The notes under the pieces were generated by a model, which had not been told where the DNA came from, did no database searches, and worked only from the letters and a program-made list of their open reading frames with translations. 64,000 nucleotides of DNA from Bacteroidota bacterium (GTDB lineage: Bacteria > Bacteroidota > Bacteroidia > JABDFU01), in the NCBI GenBank assembly GCA_013286655.1, contig JABDFG010000004.1, positions 7,008 to 71,007 of the forward strand. Reading direction: 5' to 3'. Made by a program: the position numbers and the translations under genes. Positions 54,554 through 62,114 of the stretch are shown here, piece after piece (within the stretch, counting starts at the first letter, position 1; every line of letters starts with the position of its first letter).

Positions 54554-55153
54554 TTATGGATTTTTATTAGTCTGCCTCCAGGTTTTATAAACATCATCCT
54601 GAGATCTCCTGTCTTGGGGTACTTCTCTCAAAGGGTCACATGATTTAAGCGTAGCGTGGCATTCGGAAGGCAATTGCTGGTAGAGCGCGGTACCTGCTGT
54701 TTTCCATTTGATCATTTCTTCACTAACATCTTTTACAATTTTAGCGGGACTTCCTACCACCACTTTTCGTTCCGGGATGATCATGCCCTCCGGCACAAAG
54801 GTCAATGAACCAATAATACTGTTATCTCCTATGACCACATTGTCCATCACGACAGCATTCATCCCGATCAACACATTTTTACCGATTGTACTCCCATGTA
54901 CAATAGCCCCGTGGCCAATATGAGCACCTTCTTTCAATAAAACGGTTGTTCCCGGAAACATGTGGATGGTACAATTTTCCTGTACATTGCAGCCGTCCTC
55001 AAGGATGATTTGCCCCCAGTCTCCGCGGATCGCCGCACCCGGTCCTATGTACACATCCTTCCCGATGATGACATTCCCTGTCACGGCAGCCTGCGGATGT
55101 ATAAAAGCACTGGGATGAATGACCGGTATGTATCCTTTGAATTCGTAGATCAT
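54554..55153 (-). CDS. paaY: hexapeptide-repeat (gamma-carbonic-anhydrase-like) protein, PaaY-type
   Basis: 199 aa. Left-handed beta-helix repeats (IGKDVYIGPGAAIRGD..., IGHGAIVHGSTIGKNVLIGMNAVV) in a paa-cluster context. Confidence 0.7.
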   Translation of the reverse strand: MIYEFKGYIPVIHPSAFIHPQAAVTGNVIIGKDVYIGPGAAIRGDWGQIILEDGCNVQENCTIHMFPGTTVLLKEGAHIGHGAIVHGSTIGKNVLIGMNAVVMDNVVIGDNSIIGSLTFVPEGMIIPERKVVVGSPAKIVKDVSEEMIKWKTAGTALYQQLPSECHATLKSCDPLREVPQDRRSQDDVYKTWRQTNKNP

Positions 55154-55192
55154 GGAAGATTTAGGATTTAGAAATCGGGATTAGGGATTTTT
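55154..55192. repeat. degenerate heptamer tract (GGATTTA / GGGATTA)
   Basis: The sequence ggaagatttaggatttagaaatcgggattagggatttttt lies between the four-helix-bundle gene and paaY. Confidence 0.75.
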
Positions 55193-55202
55193 TATAACTC
55201 AT

Positions 55203-55571
55203 TTATAAATCCTTGTTTTTTGATTTAATGGTCCTGATTGCGGCGGAAAAAATGGAAACCAATTCGTTAGCCTCTTTTAATAAAATTTCTAACTTATTTT
55301 TGTCACATTTAAGTTCCAGTTCATTAATAAATTCAAGCCAGAACATACTTTCATCCGCTTCTTCATCAACTATTTTAAGTTTATTCAAAAAATCAGAACT
55401 CGATTTACCTCTACACACAGCTCGATAATTAGCTGCGACAGACGAGGATGCTTTAAATAATTGATACGAAATAACTTCCGTTGACTTCTCTTTAGGTAAA
55501 GTTTCCAAAAATTTAAAAACGTTTATTGCAAATACTTTTGTTCTTTTCTTTAATTCCTCCTTATCCATCAA
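55203..55571 (-). CDS. four-helix-bundle protein (23S rRNA intervening-sequence protein / Avd-like family)
   Basis: 122 aa. FKFLETLPKEKSTEVISYQLFKASSSVAANYRAVCRGKS..DFLNKLKIVDEEADESMFWLEF matches the family pattern. Confidence 0.85.
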   Translation of the reverse strand: MMDKEELKKRTKVFAINVFKFLETLPKEKSTEVISYQLFKASSSVAANYRAVCRGKSSSDFLNKLKIVDEEADESMFWLEFINELELKCDKNKLEILLKEANELVSIFSAAIRTIKSKNKDL

Positions 55572-55584
55572 TTATCCGAATTAA

Positions 55585-55805
55585 AATCCTTAATCCCAAT
55601 TATTCACATTTTTTCTTTGTCTTCATTTGAGTTCATGAATGCTTCGCATTTATTCGCATCATTTTTTATTTTTCTTCGGTGCTCATGAATCCTCCTTTCG
55701 TCGGATTTCCCAATTCCCAATTCCCAATTCCCAATTCCCAATTCCCAATTCCCAATTCCCAATTCCCAATTCCTTAATCCCAAATCCTAATTCCTTAATT
55801 CCTTC
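55585..55805. repeat. composite element: heptamer stub, two hairpin units, (CCCAATT)9, then four degenerate heptamers
   Basis: Nine perfect CCCAATT copies occupy 55709-55771, followed by ccttaat cccaaat cctaatt ccttaat. Units at 55622-55651 and 55678-55708 match dnaX 15560-15589 and 39515-39545 respectively. Confidence 0.95.
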
Positions 55806-55809
55806 ATCA

Positions 55810-57024
55810 TTATATTTTTTCAATTACAACAGCATACCCCTGCCCTACCCCTATGCACATAGTGATGAGTGCATATTTTTTATTCTGTTCCTGTAATTCA
55901 ATCGCTGCTGAATTTAAAATCCTTGCCCCACTCATTCCCAGAGGATGTCCTATTGCAATTGCTCCTCCATTCGGATTAATACGCGAATCGGTATCTTCCA
56001 AACCCCAGGCCCGTATGCAAGCCAGGCTTTGGGCAGCGAAAGCTTCATTCAATTCAATTATACCCATATCTGCCATTTTCAGGCCGGCCTTTTGCAAAGC
56101 CTTGTTGCTGGCTCCTACGGGTCCAATTCCCATGATGCGGGGTTCAACTCCCACTGCTGCAGAAGAAACAATTCTTGCTATAGGTTTCAGCTTGTATTTT
56201 TTAACAGCCTCTTCCGAAGCAATTAGCAGTGCCGCAGCTCCATCATTTAAACCAGAAGCGTTACCAGCGGTTACCGTGCCGTCCTTCCTGAAAGAGGGCT
56301 TAAGCTTACTCAGGATATCAAGCGTCGTTCCCGCTTTGATAAATTCATCCCGATCAAATACTTCCGGATCGCCCTTGCGCTGAGGAATACTAAGCGACAC
56401 AATCTCTTTCAGGAAACGGCCCTTTTTTTGGGCCGCAGTTGCCTTGAGCTGACTATGCAAGGCGAATTTATCCTGGTCTTCCCGGCTTATCTTATCCCGT
56501 TCCGCAAGATTTTCCGCTGTTTCGCCCATAGCATCCGTTCCGTATAATTCCTTCATTTTAGGATTTATGAAGCGCCAGCCGAAACTACTGTCAAACATCT
56601 GCGCGTCTCTCCCGAACGCAGTACTGGTTTTGGAAATTACCCAAGGCCCCCTGGTCATATTTTCCACACCACCCGCAATCATCAGTTCAGCATCACCCAC
56701 CATAATGGCACGTGCAGCAGCAATGGAAGCCGACAAGCCCGAAGCACATAAGCGGTTCACCGTTTCTCCTGGAACAGAAACAGGCAATCCAGCCATCAGG
56801 GAAGCCATACGTGCCACATTGCGATTATCCTCACCCGATTGATTGGCACATCCTAAAATCACGTCTCCAATTTCGTTTGGATCTATGCCGGAGTTCCTTT
56901 TCAATAGTTCCTTCAAAACAATAACGGCCAGATCATCCGTCCGAATAGAAGCTAAGGTTCCACCGAAACTCCCGATCGGGGTCCGGATTCCATCTATTAT
57001 ATAAGCTGAGTTCATATTTCCCAT
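55810..57024 (-). CDS. paaJ: 3-oxoadipyl-CoA / 3-oxo-5,6-dehydrosuberyl-CoA thiolase
   Basis: 404 aa. Thiolase motifs [22 protein letters not shown] and CIGVGQG. Confidence 0.9.
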   Translation of the reverse strand: MGNMNSAYIIDGIRTPIGSFGGTLASIRTDDLAVIVLKELLKRNSGIDPNEIGDVILGCANQSGEDNRNVARMASLMAGLPVSVPGETVNRLCASGLSASIAAARAIMVGDAELMIAGGVENMTRGPWVISKTSTAFGRDAQMFDSSFGWRFINPKMKELYGTDAMGETAENLAERDKISREDQDKFALHSQLKATAAQKKGRFLKEIVSLSIPQRKGDPEVFDRDEFIKAGTTLDILSKLKPSFRKDGTVTAGNASGLNDGAAALLIASEEAVKKYKLKPIARIVSSAAVGVEPRIMGIGPVGASNKALQKAGLKMADMGIIELNEAFAAQSLACIRAWGLEDTDSRINPNGGAIAIGHPLGMSGARILNSAAIELQEQNKKYALITMCIGVGQGYAVVIEKI

Positions 57025-57434
57025 TCTTTGCTTGTTCTATAAACCGTTCCTTTAAACAGCGCTACTTTTTTGTTATCCTGATTGGTTATCGTAATCGTAT
57101 AAATTCCAATTTTATCCGAACAGGAAATTTCTTCTGCTACAGCCATGATAACGTCCCCTTCTTTTAATGGATGAATATGGGATATCGACGTTTCAACGGA
57201 AACACTTTTTCTTCCATGGGAATTGGAGGCGAATGCCAATGCACTATCCGCAAATGAGTATGTAATACCACCATGCGCGATCGAAAATCCGTTGAGCATT
57301 TCTTTACGGATCTTCATTCGCAGTGAACAATATCCCGGTTTTACTTCCAATCGTTCAATACCCAACCACTGACTGAAAACGTCATGACTATACATTTTTT
57401 CAACTACCCTTTTGGCAAGCACTTCAGCCATCAT
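57012..57434 (-). CDS. paaI: hydroxyphenylacetyl-CoA thioesterase (hot-dog fold)
   Basis: 140 aa. The sequence LNGFSIAHGGITYSFADSA resembles PaaI-type hot-dog thioesterases. There is a 13-nt overlap with paaJ. Confidence 0.85.
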   Translation of the reverse strand: MMAEVLAKRVVEKMYSHDVFSQWLGIERLEVKPGYCSLRMKIRKEMLNGFSIAHGGITYSFADSALAFASNSHGRKSVSVETSISHIHPLKEGDVIMAVAEEISCSDKIGIYTITITNQDNKKVALFKGTVYRTSKEWEI

Positions 57435-57435
57435 T

Positions 57436-58608
57436 TTAATGGTAAAATTTTTGATTTGCTTTAACCATTTTTTTCAAAAGAAAACTTGGACGGTAGCGAT
57501 CCTCTCCATATTCTTCATACAAATACTGAATCAAATCAGTCACCTTTCCAATTCCAATTTCATCTGCCCATTTTAAAAGACCCTGTGGATAATTCACGCC
57601 TTTGGTCATCGCCAGATCGATATCATCGCGGGAAGCAACACCCAGATATAATGCATCAGCCGCTTCATTGATCAACATGATCAATACCCGAAGGAAAATA
57701 TCGTTTCCCAGCTGCGTATCTTTTTTAGGTGAAGGCATCGAAACGCCTCCGGAATAATTATAGTAACCTTGTCCCGATTTTTTACCAAAACGTTTTGCCT
57801 CGAATAATCTCTTTTGGGTGAGGGACGGTTTGTATCGCTGATCATAGAACAATTGCGTCCAGACCGTTTCCGTTACGGTGTAGTTAATATCATTCCCGAT
57901 CATGTCCATGAGTTCAAAAGGACCCATTTTGAATCCTCCAAATTCTTTTAGTGCCCAATCAATAGTAGCGAAATCGGCGAAGCCTTCTTCATAAATCCGG
58001 ATAGCTTCACCGTAAAATGGGCGGGCCACGCGGTTTACAATAAAGCCGGGTGTATCTTTTGCCAGCACCGTAACTTTCTTCCAGCTATCGATTACTTTTT
58101 TTGCTTCCTTCGTTACTTGCTGATCTGTTGCGATACCTGGAATAATCTCTACCAAAGGCATTAGCGGAGCCGGATTGAAAAAGTGAATTCCGATTACCCT
58201 TTCCGGCTTTTTACATGCTGAAGCGATTGCTGTAATGGAAAGAGAGGAAGTATTGCTGGCCAGAATACATTCAGCCGAAACAACTGTTTCCAATTCGGAA
58301 AAAACTTTCTGTTTTACACTAAGATTTTCAACGATTGCTTCTATTGTTAAACCGCAGTCCTTAAAATCAGACAGACTGGAAACATATTTGGTCCGTTTTA
58401 AAATATCATCCGCCAAAGCCTCACTTAGCTTTTGCTTTTCAATTAGCCTGGCAAGTGTAGTTTTTAAAGCCGTTTTTGCTTTGTCCAATGCCGACTCATT
58501 CGTATCGTACAACACGACTTCATGACCTGCTGTTGCTGCAATCTGAGCAATGCCGCTACCCATTGCACCCGATCCGATCACTCCAACCATATACTTTATA
58601 TCTGTCAT
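57436..58608 (-). CDS. paaH: 3-hydroxyacyl-CoA dehydrogenase
   Basis: 390 aa. Rossmann motif VIGSGAMGSGIAQ and a 3HCDH C-terminal domain. Confidence 0.88.
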   Translation of the reverse strand: MTDIKYMVGVIGSGAMGSGIAQIAATAGHEVVLYDTNESALDKAKTALKTTLARLIEKQKLSEALADDILKRTKYVSSLSDFKDCGLTIEAIVENLSVKQKVFSELETVVSAECILASNTSSLSITAIASACKKPERVIGIHFFNPAPLMPLVEIIPGIATDQQVTKEAKKVIDSWKKVTVLAKDTPGFIVNRVARPFYGEAIRIYEEGFADFATIDWALKEFGGFKMGPFELMDMIGNDINYTVTETVWTQLFYDQRYKPSLTQKRLFEAKRFGKKSGQGYYNYSGGVSMPSPKKDTQLGNDIFLRVLIMLINEAADALYLGVASRDDIDLAMTKGVNYPQGLLKWADEIGIGKVTDLIQYLYEEYGEDRYRPSFLLKKMVKANQKFYH

Positions 58609-58656
58609 TATTTCCCTATTAGCTATTCCCTACTCGCTATTGGCTAGTCCATTTTA
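58609..58656. repeat. 7-nt-periodic spacer (ccctatt agctatt ccctact cgctatt ggctagt)
   Basis: This fills the entire paaH-paaG intergenic spacer. Confidence 0.8.
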
Positions 58657-59433
58657 TTACTCCCCTCTAAAAATTGCTTTTCGTTTTTCTAAAAATGCGC
58701 TCACGCCCTCTTTAAAATCATAACTGTTGCATGCCTCCACCTGCATCTTTGCTTCCTGCTCTACTTGTTGCTCCAATGTATTCTCCATCGAAGTATTCAA
58801 CAAACGTTTCGTAAGCCCAATTCCCCGGGTTGGCATTTTCGCAAGATGCGACGCCAACTTCATTCCTTCCTCCTGCAAAATTTCATCCTGAAAAACTTTA
58901 TAGATCATTCCCATTTGCAATGCATCCCCGGCACTTACTTTATCACCCAACATCATTAAAGCCGTAGCCCGTTGAAAACCGATCAGCCTTGGCAGAAAAA
59001 ATGTTCCGCCGCTATCCGGTATCAAACCTATTTTACTAAAAGCTTGTATAAAGGAAGCTGAATTTCCCGCTATAACGATATCGCAGGCTAAAGCAATGTT
59101 TGCTCCGGCTCCCGCTGCTACCCCATTTACCGCGCATACAACAGGTTTTTCAATACTTCGAATAAGGTGGATAATGGGATTGTAATGTTCGCGAACGATA
59201 CGTTCTATTCCCGGCCCACTTCCATCTATTGCTTCTGCAAGATCCTGTCCGGCACAAAAAGCTTTTCCTTCCGCAGATAAATAGATCGCCCGCACACTTT
59301 TATTTTTCTGTCCCTCCTTTAAGGCATCCTGCAACTGCAATGCCATTTCCCGGTTAAAACTGTTAAACTTATCCGGACGATTGAGGCTAATCCTGAAAAC
59401 TGAATCAAGTAATTCCGATTTTATTAACTGCAT
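58657..59433 (-). CDS. paaG: crotonase-family 1,2-epoxyphenylacetyl-CoA isomerase / enoyl-CoA hydratase
   Basis: 258 aa. Has FCAGQDL and GVAAGAGANIALACD. The position in the cluster supports the PaaG call. Confidence 0.8.
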   Translation of the reverse strand: MQLIKSELLDSVFRISLNRPDKFNSFNREMALQLQDALKEGQKNKSVRAIYLSAEGKAFCAGQDLAEAIDGSGPGIERIVREHYNPIIHLIRSIEKPVVCAVNGVAAGAGANIALACDIVIAGNSASFIQAFSKIGLIPDSGGTFFLPRLIGFQRATALMMLGDKVSAGDALQMGMIYKVFQDEILQEEGMKLASHLAKMPTRGIGLTKRLLNTSMENTLEQQVEQEAKMQVEACNSYDFKEGVSAFLEKRKAIFRGE

Positions 59434-59463
59434 TTCTTTTTTATTAAATTATTATTGCTCGTT

Positions 59464-59961
59464 TTAAATGCATTTAAAATAGTCAAAAGGCTCTTTGCAA
59501 TCCTTACAGCGGTATAACGCCTTGCATGCCGTTGAACCAAACTGGCTGATCATTTCTGTATTCATTGAACCACACTGCGGACAGGCTGGATGCTTCGCTT
59601 TTCCAAGCAGCGAACCTTTATCCAGGCTTTTTTTTTCCGGAGGAGCGATCCCATACTTTCTCAATTTTTCTTTCGCCTCATCCGATATCCAATCCGTTGT
59701 CCATACCGGAGCATAAAGCGTTTTGATTTCCACATTACCTATTCCGTGCAATTGTAAGGTAGATCTGATCTGATCTTCAATAGCTTTCATGGCAGGGCAA
59801 CCCGAATAGGTTGGCGTAATCGTCACCCTGCACCCTTCTGAATTCAGCTCCACATTTCGCAGTATACCCAGGTCTTTTATCGTAATTACAGGAATTTCCG
59901 GATCCGGAATCTCCGAAAGAATTTTCAGGATCATTTCCCTGCTATGCGTTTCAGTATACAT
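59464..59961 (-). CDS. paaD: 1,2-phenylacetyl-CoA epoxidase subunit D
   Basis: 165 aa. DPEIPVITIKDLGILR (DUF59-like) and a C-terminal Cys cluster, CPQCGS...CKDC. Confidence 0.88.
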   Translation of the reverse strand: MYTETHSREMILKILSEIPDPEIPVITIKDLGILRNVELNSEGCRVTITPTYSGCPAMKAIEDQIRSTLQLHGIGNVEIKTLYAPVWTTDWISDEAKEKLRKYGIAPPEKKSLDKGSLLGKAKHPACPQCGSMNTEMISQFGSTACKALYRCKDCKEPFDYFKCI

Positions 59962-59973
59962 GGTAAGTATTTA

Positions 59974-60741
59974 TTACCATTTTACATCCGGGTAAGTCCG
60001 TTGGAGGTATTGCATTTCAGCTAATAAAAAACCTAAATGCTCTGTATGTTTACCTGCACGACTTCCGGCTTGCATAAATGTCTGAACAGGTAATTGCAGA
60101 GTCGCTTTTTCTAAAAGCTCGGCTACATGATTTTCCCATTTACCCTTTACTTCTTTTAAATCAATACTAACACCTTCTTTTAGCAAGAGCGCATCTACCT
60201 CATCCATATCAAACAAATCACCGGTAAACATCCATAATTCATTTATCGCGCGTTGAACACGCTCATGACTTTCCGGCGTTCCGTCACCCAATCTCAGCAT
60301 CCATTGGGAAGTATGACGTAAATGATAGGTAACTTCTTTTAAAGACTTTTCGGATAGAGCCGAGAGGGTTTCATCCTTGCTTTTTTGCAGGCTCTGATAA
60401 TAATAATATTGATATACATCAAACAGAAACTGACGGGCAATCGTAAAAGCATAATCTCCATTCGGCTGTTCCGCCAGCAATACATTTCTGAACTCTCTTT
60501 CCGGCCGCAGAAAAGCAAGGTCATCCTCTGTGTGTCCTTTGCCTTCCACCTTTCCGGCATAGTTCAAAATGGCCGTAGCCTGCCCTACCAGATCCAGCGC
60601 TATATTCGTCAATGCGATATCTTCTTCCAGGACAGGTCCATGTCCGCACCATTCCGATAAGCGTTGACCCATAATCAAACTGCTATCTGCTAATCGCAAA
60701 CAATATTGAAACAATGCTTTTTGCTTATCCATGGTCAACAA
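59974..60741 (-). CDS. paaC: 1,2-phenylacetyl-CoA epoxidase subunit C
   Basis: 255 aa. Ferritin-like PaaC pattern (YCLRLADSSLIMGQRLSEW). Confidence 0.88.
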   Translation of the reverse strand: MLTMDKQKALFQYCLRLADSSLIMGQRLSEWCGHGPVLEEDIALTNIALDLVGQATAILNYAGKVEGKGHTEDDLAFLRPEREFRNVLLAEQPNGDYAFTIARQFLFDVYQYYYYQSLQKSKDETLSALSEKSLKEVTYHLRHTSQWMLRLGDGTPESHERVQRAINELWMFTGDLFDMDEVDALLLKEGVSIDLKEVKGKWENHVAELLEKATLQLPVQTFMQAGSRAGKHTEHLGFLLAEMQYLQRTYPDVKW

Positions 60742-60744
60742 AAC

Positions 60745-61035
60745 TTAAAGGTGTTTTACACCATCCGGCACCTTGTAAAAAGTGGGGTGTCTGTATACTT
60801 TATCATTAGCAGGCTCAAAAAAGGAGCCGATATCTTCCGGACTCGATGCTTTAATATTTTTCGCTTCCACCACCCAAATACTTATTCCTTCTTTTCTCCG
60901 GGTATACACATCCCGGGCATTCTGCAGGGCCATCTCCTCATCCGAGGCATGCAAACTACCCACATGTTTATGCGGAATACCCGGATTTGCCTGAACAAAA
61001 ACTTCCCAAAGTGTCCCTTGCGTGTCTTTTTCCAT
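60745..61035 (-). CDS. paaB: 1,2-phenylacetyl-CoA epoxidase subunit B
   Basis: 96 aa. WEVFVQ...HKHVGSLHA.D...AL.NARDVYTRR. Confidence 0.9.
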   Translation of the reverse strand: MEKDTQGTLWEVFVQANPGIPHKHVGSLHASDEEMALQNARDVYTRRKEGISIWVVEAKNIKASSPEDIGSFFEPANDKVYRHPTFYKVPDGVKHL

Positions 61036-61043
61036 AATATAAT

Positions 61044-61092
61044 GAGCTATCCCTATTAACTATTCGCTTTTAACTATTAACTATTCGCTTTT
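61044..61092. repeat. 7-nt-periodic spacer (gagctat ccctatt aactatt cgctttt aactatt aactatt cgctttt)
   Basis: This fills the paaB-paaA spacer and extends into the last 7 codons of paaA (..KKRIVNS*). Confidence 0.8.
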
Positions 61093-62008
61093 TAGCAGCA
61101 TATGCTTCCGTCGCTTCCCTTACCCATCTGCCATTCCTGTCCGCATCAACCCTGGCCTTTAACCTTATCTTATTACAAGGGCCATTCCCTTTTATCACAT
61201 TAAAGAATTCTTCCCAATTGATCGGCCCGTGTTTGTAATGACCTGTTTCTTTGTTGAACATAAGATCGGGATCGGGAATAGTCAGTCCGATATAATCGGC
61301 CTGGGGAACAGTACGGTCAATAAACCGCTCACGGATAGCGTCATTGCTTTCCATTTTTACTTTCCAGCGCATCAATTCGTCTGAATTCGGAGAGCTGTCG
61401 TCACTGGGACCTAACATCATAATTGCCGGCCACCACCATCTGTTTAAGGCATCCTGAGCCATTTGCTTTTGTTCTTCCGAACCAAAGGCCAGTGAACACA
61501 TGATCTCATAGCCTTGCCGGTTATGAAAACTTTCTTCTTTGCAGATACGGACCATTGCACGTGAATAAGGCCCATAAGAACCTTTTGCCAATGCCGTCTG
61601 ATTCATGATCGCCGCGCCATCTACCAGCCAACCTATGGCCCCGATATCTGCCCAGGTTAAGGTAGGGTAATTAAAAATACTTGAATATTTTGCCTTGCCC
61701 GTGTGCAATTGTTCCAATAATTCGGAACGATCAATACCAAGGGTTTCCGTTGCACTATAAAGGTACATGCCATGTCCGGCTTCATCCTGCACCTTGGCCA
61801 GCAAAATTGCCTTCCTGCGCAAACTGGGTGCACGTGTAATCCAGTTACCCTCCGGCAACATCCCTACAATCTCCGAATGTGCATGCTGCGACATCATTCG
61901 TATCAATTGCTTCCGATATTTTTCAGGCATCCAGTCCTTGGGCTCAATTTTGATGCCTTTATCAATTTTCGATTGAAATTCTTCCAGTAGCGTTTTTTCG
62001 TCTTTCAT
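61070..62008 (-). CDS. paaA: 1,2-phenylacetyl-CoA epoxidase catalytic subunit A
   Basis: 312 aa. Di-iron motifs [10 protein letters not shown] and [11 protein letters not shown]. Confidence 0.92.
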   Translation of the reverse strand: MKDEKTLLEEFQSKIDKGIKIEPKDWMPEKYRKQLIRMMSQHAHSEIVGMLPEGNWITRAPSLRRKAILLAKVQDEAGHGMYLYSATETLGIDRSELLEQLHTGKAKYSSIFNYPTLTWADIGAIGWLVDGAAIMNQTALAKGSYGPYSRAMVRICKEESFHNRQGYEIMCSLAFGSEEQKQMAQDALNRWWWPAIMMLGPSDDSSPNSDELMRWKVKMESNDAIRERFIDRTVPQADYIGLTIPDPDLMFNKETGHYKHGPINWEEFFNVIKGNGPCNKIRLKARVDADRNGRWVREATEAYAAKKRIVNS

Positions 62009-62043
62009 TAAGGGAGACAGAATTATTGTGACCGTAAAATTAC

Positions 62044-62076
62044 AAAAAAAAGGCCGTTCCGGTTGAGTGGAACGGC
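62044..62076 (-). terminator. rho-independent terminator downstream of the M43 protease gene
   Basis: On the minus strand the sequence is gccgttcc-actcaacc-ggaacggc, then c and tttttttt. Confidence 0.8.
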
Positions 62077-62114
62077 TTTAAATATAGCAGAAATTGTTTA
62101 GCGCATTAAGGCTT

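Noticed and set aside
55639-55896. 85-aa plus-strand ORF translating to QFPIPNS repeats.
   Set aside because: It is simply the (CCCAATT)9 microsatellite read in frame (3 heptamers = 7 aa). It runs into the 3' end of paaJ on the opposite strand and has no start context.
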